The notes under the pieces are model-generated. The model saw only the letters and a program-made list of their open reading frames with translations. It was not told where the DNA came from and made no database searches. A stretch of DNA of 64,000 nt from a virus. Its lineage: Duplodnaviria; Caudoviricetes. The stretch lies in IMG/VR virus record IMGVR_UViG_3300043427_002668. The stretch is one strand, 5' to 3'. Of this stretch, positions 55,995-64,000 are shown in pieces; positions within the stretch are counted from its first letter, which is position 1; every line of letters starts with the position of its first letter. Both the position numbers and the translations under genes were made by a program.

Positions 55995-56573
55995 ATGTTT
56001 AATATTAAATGTCGTGGTCTTTTCCCGACTGATTTGTACTTTGTTGATATTTACGATCAAAAAGAAAACGAAAGTTATAAACAAGAACTTTTAAAACTTT
56101 CAAAAGAAAGTCCTGGAGAAATTAAAAGTAATCGTAATGGATGGCAGAGTGATATTACACTTTGGCAGAATGAGACCTTTAAACCATTGTTAGAAAAGTC
56201 TTCTACAATCGTTCAATCAATCATTGCAGACCTTTCTACCAACAAACCAGAGTTCGTCATTCGTGCAATGTGGGGAAATGTCAATCCTCAAGGTGGTTAT
56301 AATTTCACACACGTTCATCCCAGTGGTTGGATGAGTGCCGTTTATTATGTTGCACTTCCAGAAGGTGCTCCTGGTATTACCTTTGAAGATCCAAGACCTT
56401 CAAAGATTATGGACTTTCAAGGTAGTTGTTTAAGAGATACAAACTATCATAATCACACTCCAAAGGTTGGAGAGTTGGTATTATTTCCTTCTTGGTTACC
56501 TCATTTTGTGAATCCAAATCCAATTAACGAAAATCGTATTTCAATCTCATTTAATGTAGAGTTACTTGTATGA
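55995..56573 (+). CDS. 2OG-Fe(II) oxygenase (TIGR02466-like)
   Basis: HVHPSGWMSAVYY, LFPSWLPHFV, RISISFN. Confidence 0.88.
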   Translation: MFNIKCRGLFPTDLYFVDIYDQKENESYKQELLKLSKESPGEIKSNRNGWQSDITLWQNETFKPLLEKSSTIVQSIIADLSTNKPEFVIRAMWGNVNPQGGYNFTHVHPSGWMSAVYYVALPEGAPGITFEDPRPSKIMDFQGSCLRDTNYHNHTPKVGELVLFPSWLPHFVNPNPINENRISISFNVELLV

Positions 56574-57232
56574 CTTCAGTATTAATCGCAATGCCCTGTT
56601 ATGGGGGAATGGTAAGTGATAAAACCGCAAAGGGATTATTCAATTTAGGAAAGGCACTGAATAAAAACGGAATCGATCACGGTCTTTTGACTATGGCAAA
56701 TGAAAGTCTTGTTACGAAAGCAAGATCAAGAATTGCTAACTTCTATATGAATAATACCGAGTATGAGAAGATTTTGTTTATTGATGCTGATGTTGGATTT
56801 ACACCAGAAGATGCCCTGAAGGTTATTCTTGCAGATAAGGATATTGTTTGTGGTGCATATCCAATGAAGGGTATTCCACTTCGTTACAATTATAATATCT
56901 CATCTCCTCCAGTTGCAGAAGAAGGATTAGTTCAGATTGAAAATATTGGATTTGGATTTTGTTGTATTAAACGGCAAGTATTTCGGGAAATTCAAAATCG
57001 TTATGGTGAAGAATTAAAGTATTATCCTGCACTAAATAATTCTAGTTATCCACCAACAGAACAGGAATATCATAACTCATATCATTACTTTCTTGAAATG
57101 AAAAAAGATATGTCTTTTCTACCTGAAGATTTTTCATTCTTTGAAAGAGCATCAAGTGTAGGATACAAATCTTGGTTAGATACAAGTATTCGTCTGTGTC
57201 ATGTTGGTTCTCATGTTTATCAAGAAGAGTAA
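56570..57232 (+). CDS. GT-A fold glycosyltransferase-like protein
   Basis: VLIAMPCYGG, LFIDADVGF (DxD), PEDFSFFER, LCHVG. Confidence 0.75.
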   Translation: MTSVLIAMPCYGGMVSDKTAKGLFNLGKALNKNGIDHGLLTMANESLVTKARSRIANFYMNNTEYEKILFIDADVGFTPEDALKVILADKDIVCGAYPMKGIPLRYNYNISSPPVAEEGLVQIENIGFGFCCIKRQVFREIQNRYGEELKYYPALNNSSYPPTEQEYHNSYHYFLEMKKDMSFLPEDFSFFERASSVGYKSWLDTSIRLCHVGSHVYQEE

Positions 57233-57237
57233 ATCAA

Positions 57238-60054
57238 ATGGCAGGAGTATTCGGTCTTAAAAAAGTCTATAAAAAACAGATCGAAAATACTGATCCTGGA
57301 TTGCAACTGGATATTGAGGGTCTTTTTTATGGTTACTTTGGTGGTGGATATTTTATTCCTCCTACTCCTACTGCTAGTATATTTTATTCCACTATAGATC
57401 GTTTAGATTTCACGACAGAAACTGTAACATCATCGATCGATCTACCGGTAGCAAAATCATATGTAGCAGCAACCTCAAGTAGTTCTTATGGTTACTTTGG
57501 TGGCGGACTTACTTCACCATCAACAAGTGTTTGCACCATAGATCGTCTAGATTTCTCCTCAGAAACCCTATCAACACCAACACCTAAGTTATCTCAATCA
57601 AGAGGTTATTTAGCAGCGACTTCAAGCAGTTCTTATGGTTACTTTGGTGGAGGTGCTGGATCCTCCACTGTAGATCGTTTAGATTTTGATACTGAAACGA
57701 CAACACCACTTCCAAATATATCTATTTCGCGAGGATATTTAGCAGCAACCTCAAGTAGTTCTTATGGTTACTTTGCTGGTGGAACTTCTCCAGGATTTGT
57801 TACGTATTATTGTACTATTGATCGTTTAGATTTTTCCATAGATACATTTTCAGTTCCTCCCCAACAATTACCAACATCTACGGTTTATCCTGGGACAGTA
57901 AAAAATGATCTTTATGGTTATTTTGGTGGTGGTGTTACTCCTCTTGGATATGTCTGTACTATAAATCGTTTAGATTTCTCCACAGAAACCCTATCAACAC
58001 CAGCACCTAAGTTACCTCAAGCAAGATATGCTTTAGCAGGAACTTCGAGTAATTTTTTTGGATACTTTGGTGGTGGTTTTTATGCTCCTCTTGTTTTTGT
58101 TTGCACTATTGACCGTCTAGATTTCTCTACAGAAACCGTATCAGTACCAGGACCTCAGTTATCTCAAAGAAGAGCGGCTTCAACAGCAGTCCAAGTCAAC
58201 CGCAATCCAATCTTCCAGTCATCTCCTAAGTTCACTAACTGGCCTGAGAGTGCTAATGTTGGTTACTTTGGTGGAGGAGCAACTCCTCCTGGAGTTATAG
58301 TATTAAGTAGTTTTAATCGATTAGATTTTTCTACAGAAACTGTGGCAACACCAGCACCTAAATTAACTGAAGCAAGATATCATTTGACATCATTGTCAAA
58401 TAATCAGTATGGTTATTTTGGTGGAGGAGCAACCTCACCTCTTCCTTCTCCTTTTATTCGTTCTACTACTGAACGATTAGATTTTTCTACAGAAAATACA
58501 ATAAGACTCGGTAGTTCATTATCTATATCAAGAAGGTTTTTGAATTCAGTATCAAGTAGTTCTTATGGTTACTTTTGTGCTGGTATTACTTTACCTAGTC
58601 CTAATATTAGGGTTTCCACTATAGATCGATTAGATTTCTCTACAGAAACAATAACAACACCAACACCTAAGTTGGCTGGTGATAGAAGTGGATATAATAC
58701 TGTATCAACTAGTTCTTATGGTTACTTTGCTGGTGGTTCAATTTATGCTGTTCCATCGGATATTTATCAACTTGGTATAGATCGTTTAGATTTTTCTACA
58801 GAAACTGTGGCAACATTAGGATCTAATCTTTCTTCAATAAGAGCCGATTCCACAACTGTTTCAAATTCTTATTATGGTTATTTTGGTGGTGGAGGTAATT
58901 TTATTGGACCAGGAGCACTATCTACTATAGAACGTTTTGATTTTTCTACCGAAACTGCAAATTTGTTAGGATCTAGGTTCACTACATCTAGAACCTCAAC
59001 ATCGGGAGCTTCAAGTAGTTCTTATGGTTATTTTGCTGGTGGTAATACTCCTCCCGATACTTCCAGTATAAATCGTTTAGATTTCTCAACGGAAACAATA
59101 GGAGATCTAACATCTACATTATCTAGTTTTAGATATGGTGGAACTGGAGTATCAGGAGCAATAGGAACTCGTAGAGTTGGTTCTGCGACTTATGGTTATT
59201 ATGGTGGTGGTGCTATTCCTACTGCTGTTTCTACCATAAACCGTTTAGATTTCTCTACAGAAACAGTAACAACACCATCTCCTAAGTTATCTCAAGCAAG
59301 ACAACAATTAGCAGCAACCTCAAGTAGTTCTTATGGTTACTTTGGTGGTGGTGGTCTTACTCCCAGTTCCACTATAGATCGTTTAGATTTCTCTACAGAA
59401 ACAGTATCAGTCCCAACACCTAAGTTATCTCAAACAAGACAACAATTAGCAGCAACCTCAAGTAGTTCTTATGGTTACTTTGGTGGTGGTGCTATTCCTA
59501 CTGCTGTTTCTACTATAGATCGTTTAGATTTCTCAATAGAAACAGTATCAGTCCCAACACCTAAGTTATCTGATTTGAAAAGGGGAGTGGCAGCAACTGC
59601 AAGTAGTTCTTATGGTTACTTTGGTGGTGGTTATGCTTTTTTTCCAGGTCGTGTTTCTACTATAGATCGTTTAGATTTCTCCACAGAAACAGTATCAGTA
59701 CCAACACCTAAGTTATCTCAAGCAAGAGAAAGTTTATCAGCAACCTCAAGTAGTTTTTATGGTTACTTTGGTGGTGGTGCTACTAGCCCAACTACTGTTG
59801 TTTGCACCATTGATCGTTTAGATTTCTCCACAGAAACAGTATCAGTACCAACACCTAAGTTATCTCAAGCAAGAGAAAGTTTATCAGCAACCTCAAGCAG
59901 TTCTTATGGTTACTTTGGTGGTGGTTTTGCTCCTACTCCTGCCGTTTATTCAACAATTGATCGTTTAGATTTCTCCACAGAAACCGTATCAGTTCCATCA
60001 CAAAAACTCACTTCAGAAAGATCTGCTCCAGCTGCAGTCTCAAACGCAAACTAA
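57238..60054 (+). CDS. Kelch-like repeat protein, 18 blades (3 x 6)
   Basis: 18 YGYFGGG...IDRLDFSTET repeats; ATG 57238 follows the upstream stop. Confidence 0.85.
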   Translation: MAGVFGLKKVYKKQIENTDPGLQLDIEGLFYGYFGGGYFIPPTPTASIFYSTIDRLDFTTETVTSSIDLPVAKSYVAATSSSSYGYFGGGLTSPSTSVCTIDRLDFSSETLSTPTPKLSQSRGYLAATSSSSYGYFGGGAGSSTVDRLDFDTETTTPLPNISISRGYLAATSSSSYGYFAGGTSPGFVTYYCTIDRLDFSIDTFSVPPQQLPTSTVYPGTVKNDLYGYFGGGVTPLGYVCTINRLDFSTETLSTPAPKLPQARYALAGTSSNFFGYFGGGFYAPLVFVCTIDRLDFSTETVSVPGPQLSQRRAASTAVQVNRNPIFQSSPKFTNWPESANVGYFGGGATPPGVIVLSSFNRLDFSTETVATPAPKLTEARYHLTSLSNNQYGYFGGGATSPLPSPFIRSTTERLDFSTENTIRLGSSLSISRRFLNSVSSSSYGYFCAGITLPSPNIRVSTIDRLDFSTETITTPTPKLAGDRSGYNTVSTSSYGYFAGGSIYAVPSDIYQLGIDRLDFSTETVATLGSNLSSIRADSTTVSNSYYGYFGGGGNFIGPGALSTIERFDFSTETANLLGSRFTTSRTSTSGASSSSYGYFAGGNTPPDTSSINRLDFSTETIGDLTSTLSSFRYGGTGVSGAIGTRRVGSATYGYYGGGAIPTAVSTINRLDFSTETVTTPSPKLSQARQQLAATSSSSYGYFGGGGLTPSSTIDRLDFSTETVSVPTPKLSQTRQQLAATSSSSYGYFGGGAIPTAVSTIDRLDFSIETVSVPTPKLSDLKRGVAATASSSYGYFGGGYAFFPGRVSTIDRLDFSTETVSVPTPKLSQARESLSATSSSFYGYFGGGATSPTTVVCTIDRLDFSTETVSVPTPKLSQARESLSATSSSSYGYFGGGFAPTPAVYSTIDRLDFSTETVSVPSQKLTSERSAPAAVSNAN
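59170..60010 (+). repeat. near-identical coding tandem units of about 140-150 bp
   Basis: Blades 13-18 share long identical DNA stretches (gatcgtttagatttctccacagaaacagtatcagtaccaacacctaagttatctcaagcaagag). Confidence 0.9.
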
Positions 60055-60079
60055 ATAACTTTAACTACATCATTTTGAT

Positions 60080-61756
60080 ATGAAGTCTGGAGCAACTGAA
60101 AGTTCTTTTTATTATCTTTCGCAATATTATACATTTCCTGAAAATGTAGATGTAAGAAGAACCACACACGAAATCATACAATCAGATAAGCAATATAAGG
60201 TCATCTGGGCACACGATAATTGCGACCAAGCAGGACACCGAGACCTTCCACAGCACATAGACAAGATTGATAAAATTGTCTGTGTATCAAACTGGGAACG
60301 AGAGCAATACATCAAGTATAACCGAGCACCCGCAGAGAAACTGACGGTCATTCCAAATGGTGTGGATGATATGTTCCGACCATCAGGAAAACCAAAATCA
60401 AAAACCTGTATCTTTTTCTCCGCACCACATAAGGGTATCACACCATTAGTACCCATCTGGAAAGAAGTCATCAAACATCATCCAGATGCAAAACTCAAAG
60501 TGTTTTCTTCAATGTCTCTGTATGGTGCAATTCAACCAGGAGAAGGAGAAAATGAGACTATCACAACTGATAAGGGACTAGAACCTTCACCATTCATTCC
60601 TATCTACAAGGAACTTCAAGCACTTCCAGGTGTGGAGTATTCACCTTGTATTGACCGTGAAGAACTACTACTTCATATTCAAGATGCTGCTTTTTATATT
60701 CATTCAAATGTGTGGGAAGAAACCTTCTGTGTTTCTCTTGCAGAAGCAATGAGTTGCGGATGCTTTCCTATCACTACAGATATGGGAGCACTTCCAGAAA
60801 CATCAAACGGAATGGGTAAGTATATTCCAATGTCAGGGCAAAATACTCCCAGAGGTTGGATTACTGATGACACATTCCACCAGAACTTTGCAGAAGAAAT
60901 CATAAGAGCACTTCATTTCTTTGATGTTGCTAGAGATGAATACGAACAAGCATCCTCAGCAATCTCAAAGTTTGCAATAGAAACTTATAATTGGAGAAGA
61001 GTTGCAAAGTTATGGGAAAATGAAATCAATAGTCTGACTCAAAAGATAGACCTCTTTGAAGGAAGAATGAAGACCTTAGAGGAATATTATGAGTGGTCTT
61101 CAAGTATCAATATGGTTCCAGCACAACACATTGACTATCTTTACAGACTAAAGTATCATCATAATTTTGAACCAAAAGTGGTTTATGACATTGGTTCGGC
61201 AGTTCTTCATTGGTCTAAGTTTGCTTCTTGTGTGTGGAATGAAGCAGAGTTCTATCATATTGATGGATTTGATGGATATCATTCGTTATACCAAAAGAAT
61301 AGAATAAACTATGCAATTGAAGTTCTAAGTGATAGGGAAAAAGAAGTTACTTTCTATGAGAATGTTAAGGATAGTGGAAGTTCCTCATATTATGAAATGA
61401 ATTTCCAAGAGTTTCCACACAATCTAGCATTTAAGACCAGTCCTTTTTACAGAGAAAGAACAGTTAGAACAAAAACTTTAGATGCAGTAGTTGCAGAAAG
61501 AAATTGGAAACTTCCGGATTTAATTAAAATGGATATTCAAGGATGCGAATTGGATGTTCTCAAAGGAGCAGAAAGAACTCTTGAATATTGTAATCATCTG
61601 ATATTAGAATTGCAAAATAAGCAGTATATGAAAGATGCCCCTCTTAATCAAGAGGTTATTCAATACTTAGAGAATAAAGGATATATTCTTATTTCACACT
61701 TCGTACAAAATCCAAGTTGTGCTGACGGAGATTACCACTTCTTTAGATCGAAATAA
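60080..61756 (+). CDS. GT-B (GT4-like) glycosyltransferase fused to FkbM methyltransferase
   Basis: VIPNG...EETFCVSLAEAM; YDIGS...IKMDIQGCELDVL. Confidence 0.88.
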   Translation: MKSGATESSFYYLSQYYTFPENVDVRRTTHEIIQSDKQYKVIWAHDNCDQAGHRDLPQHIDKIDKIVCVSNWEREQYIKYNRAPAEKLTVIPNGVDDMFRPSGKPKSKTCIFFSAPHKGITPLVPIWKEVIKHHPDAKLKVFSSMSLYGAIQPGEGENETITTDKGLEPSPFIPIYKELQALPGVEYSPCIDREELLLHIQDAAFYIHSNVWEETFCVSLAEAMSCGCFPITTDMGALPETSNGMGKYIPMSGQNTPRGWITDDTFHQNFAEEIIRALHFFDVARDEYEQASSAISKFAIETYNWRRVAKLWENEINSLTQKIDLFEGRMKTLEEYYEWSSSINMVPAQHIDYLYRLKYHHNFEPKVVYDIGSAVLHWSKFASCVWNEAEFYHIDGFDGYHSLYQKNRINYAIEVLSDREKEVTFYENVKDSGSSSYYEMNFQEFPHNLAFKTSPFYRERTVRTKTLDAVVAERNWKLPDLIKMDIQGCELDVLKGAERTLEYCNHLILELQNKQYMKDAPLNQEVIQYLENKGYILISHFVQNPSCADGDYHFFRSK

Positions 61757-61761
61757 TTTTT

Positions 61762-64000
61762 ATGAAAAAAGTCATTGATAGTTTTATGTTCTTCAACGAG
61801 TTTGATGTTCTCAAACTTCGTTTGTCTTATTTGAATGATATTGTAGATCACTTTATCATTGTAGAAAGTAATTACACACATTCGGGAAAACCAAAACCTT
61901 ATTACCTAGATGAAATTTGGAATGAAATTCCGAAAGAAATTCAAAGGAAAATCATTAGATTAAAGTATGAACCTGATATCTCAAAATTTAAACTTCCTGA
62001 AGTTGTGATTGAAGGAGAGGTTAAGAACTATGATAATGACTATTGGAAGTTAGAAAGAGAACAAAGAGATTTGATTACTCAACATCTTTCTCATTTTTCT
62101 TTAGATGACTTTTTTATGGTGAGTGATGTTGATGAAATTCCAAGAAAGGAAATCATTACATCATTACTTAATAATAACTTTGTTGAAAATGTAGCATCTT
62201 GTGAGATGTTCTACTATAACTTTAAGTCTTATTGTCCGAATTACTGGCCTGGTACAGTATTTTCTACCGTTTCAAATGCAATCAAAAAAGGTTGTGATTA
62301 TTTTAGAAGCAATCGGTTCTCACTAACTCCTATTCCAAATGCAGGATGGCATTTTACATACTTTGGTGGAGTTGAAAGAATTAAACATAAGTTAGAGTGT
62401 TACGCACATCAGGAATACAACCGCGATGAATATAAGAACGAACAGAATATCGAAGATCTTATCAAAAGTAAGAAACATTTTTTAAGAAGAGGTGAAGAGT
62501 TTGGTGATGACTTTATTGATTATTCATTTACTAAGTATCCAGAAGATCTTCGTAAATTAATTATCAACATTTTTCCTCAAGAAACTTATACCGACCATCC
62601 TATCAATGTTTCATTTTCAATCATTCCCTCAAGGTTTAATAATCTTGAAATGATTATCCGATCATTCTTATCTCAAACACTAAGACCAAATAAAATTATT
62701 GTTACTATCCCAAAGCAATATCATAAGTTTTCATATCAACCAGAAGAGATAGAAAATATCTGCAAAAAATATTCAGGACTAGTTGATTTACTTTATGTTG
62801 ATATGGATTATGGGCCAGCAACTAAAATTTATGGAGCATTGAAATCACTAGAGATGTATCCAAACTCAAATGTGATTGTATGTGATGATGATGTTGTCTA
62901 TGATGAAAGATTAATCGAATGTTATCTGAAATCTTTTGAAGTTGATGGTGAGTGTGCATGGTCTACTGGAACTGAAACTTTAAAAGGAAATTATCTTCAC
63001 TTTCTGAGTAATTCTGTTCCCAAACTTCAAGGTGTTGGTTCTTTCTTCTTTAATCGTAAGATATTAGAAAAATTAAATTCATCTAATTTTGAAGAACATT
63101 ATATTAACTTTCTTTCTAAGAATACTAATATTAAATCTTTAGATGATGTATTCTTACATGATGATTATTTTATTTCTATTCTACTTTATGAACTTCAAGT
63201 TCCCGTCAAGTTTTTCTACTTGAGAGATCCTGTTTATGATGGAATAGGAGGAGAGAATCAAATCCACGAATCTATTAAATGTCACTCTGATGAAATTCAA
63301 CTCATTCAAAAAATTTATCATAACTATGAAAACTCATATCCAATTATTCAATGCATTTTTACTAAAGTAAATGGAGAAAAGATCGGAGAATATTTGGTAA
63401 AGGGGGAGTTGGATGTAAATGACTATCACAGTCGCATTATAGATATTAATAAGCAATATGGACCTTTTAAGATTGCAATTGAAATTAATTCAAAGAAACC
63501 TATGAATACTCTATTAGATAAGAAGACCAGTGACTTGCAAGAGTTTTATGACTGGCAAATTAAATATGATAAGATGTATGATGATCATGTTGATTATCTT
63601 TTTAGATTGAAGTATTGGAATAACTTTCATCCAAAGGTCATTTATGATATTGGTTCCAACTATCTTTCTTGGTATAAGTTAGCATCAAATGTTTGGAGAG
63701 ATGCAAAGATTTATTGTGTCGATGCTTGCTCTGAGTTTGCAAATACTTATCCAAGATATAATGTTGACTATGCGATTGAACTTCTAAGTGATAGAAAAGA
63801 ACAGATTGAATTTTGGGAAAATCCAATGTGCCCTGGACTTTGTACGATGTATCCTGTGAATGAAAATTATGATGATGCAAGAGTTTTTCATAACGAACAT
63901 CTAAGAAAAACAATTCGTCAAACAAAAACTCTTGATGAACTTGTAAATGAGAAAGGATGGATGAAACCAGATCTGATTAAGATTGACGTTCAAGGTGCAG
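61762..64000 (+). CDS. 3'-truncated GT17 + GT-A + FkbM triple-domain fusion (not in ORF track)
   Basis: Open frame to the window end: IDSFMFFNEFD, SDVDEIP, GWHFTY (GT17); IPSRF, GPATK, CDDD (GT-A); YDIGS, IKIDVQG (FkbM). Confidence 0.88.
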   Translation, partial: MKKVIDSFMFFNEFDVLKLRLSYLNDIVDHFIIVESNYTHSGKPKPYYLDEIWNEIPKEIQRKIIRLKYEPDISKFKLPEVVIEGEVKNYDNDYWKLEREQRDLITQHLSHFSLDDFFMVSDVDEIPRKEIITSLLNNNFVENVASCEMFYYNFKSYCPNYWPGTVFSTVSNAIKKGCDYFRSNRFSLTPIPNAGWHFTYFGGVERIKHKLECYAHQEYNRDEYKNEQNIEDLIKSKKHFLRRGEEFGDDFIDYSFTKYPEDLRKLIINIFPQETYTDHPINVSFSIIPSRFNNLEMIIRSFLSQTLRPNKIIVTIPKQYHKFSYQPEEIENICKKYSGLVDLLYVDMDYGPATKIYGALKSLEMYPNSNVIVCDDDVVYDERLIECYLKSFEVDGECAWSTGTETLKGNYLHFLSNSVPKLQGVGSFFFNRKILEKLNSSNFEEHYINFLSKNTNIKSLDDVFLHDDYFISILLYELQVPVKFFYLRDPVYDGIGGENQIHESIKCHSDEIQLIQKIYHNYENSYPIIQCIFTKVNGEKIGEYLVKGELDVNDYHSRIIDINKQYGPFKIAIEINSKKPMNTLLDKKTSDLQEFYDWQIKYDKMYDDHVDYLFRLKYWNNFHPKVIYDIGSNYLSWYKLASNVWRDAKIYCVDACSEFANTYPRYNVDYAIELLSDRKEQIEFWENPMCPGLCTMYPVNENYDDARVFHNEHLRKTIRQTKTLDELVNEKGWMKPDLIKIDVQGA

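Noticed and set aside
57238-60054. CRISPR array or DGR template/variable repeat
   Set aside because: The repeats are in-frame protein blades, differences include T/C changes rather than adenine-only ones, and no reverse transcriptase or cas gene lies in the window.

Overview
This is a 64-kb, AT-rich segment of a T4-like cyanomyovirus (Kyanoviridae-type, probably freshwater); that assignment is inferred from gene content. 1-11.8 kb holds auxiliary host-like genes: a cyanobacterial porin, two hli genes, peroxiredoxin, psbA and psbD (each followed by a free-standing homing endonuclease), thioredoxin and a C39-peptidase/lysozyme pair. 11.9-14.8 kb is a minus-strand late operon of unusual fibrous, collagen-like, protease and Tyr-rich genes. 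15.4-27.1 kb holds talC-ptox-zwf-gnd, grx, speD, a glutamine-riboswitch/DUF4278 unit, thyX, phoH, an exonuclease, g33, g59 and g32. 27.1-44.5 kb is the baseplate/tail-hub cluster with cp12. 44.5-46.4 kb has two tRNAs and a mom-like gene. 46.4-64 kb has tail-fibre genes, an 18-blade Kelch-like protein and glycosyltransferase-methyltransferase fusions. The best leads are: (1) a -1 frameshift signal needed to give the lysozyme its catalytic residues; (2) the Tyr-rich/collagen/papain late operon with a structured leader; (3) an intronless psbA recoded, including M331S, at the expected homing site; (4) a nested or tandem glutamine aptamer with an NtcA box; (5) a -1 slippery site joining g26 and g51. 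All calls come from manual motif reading; no database searches were run.
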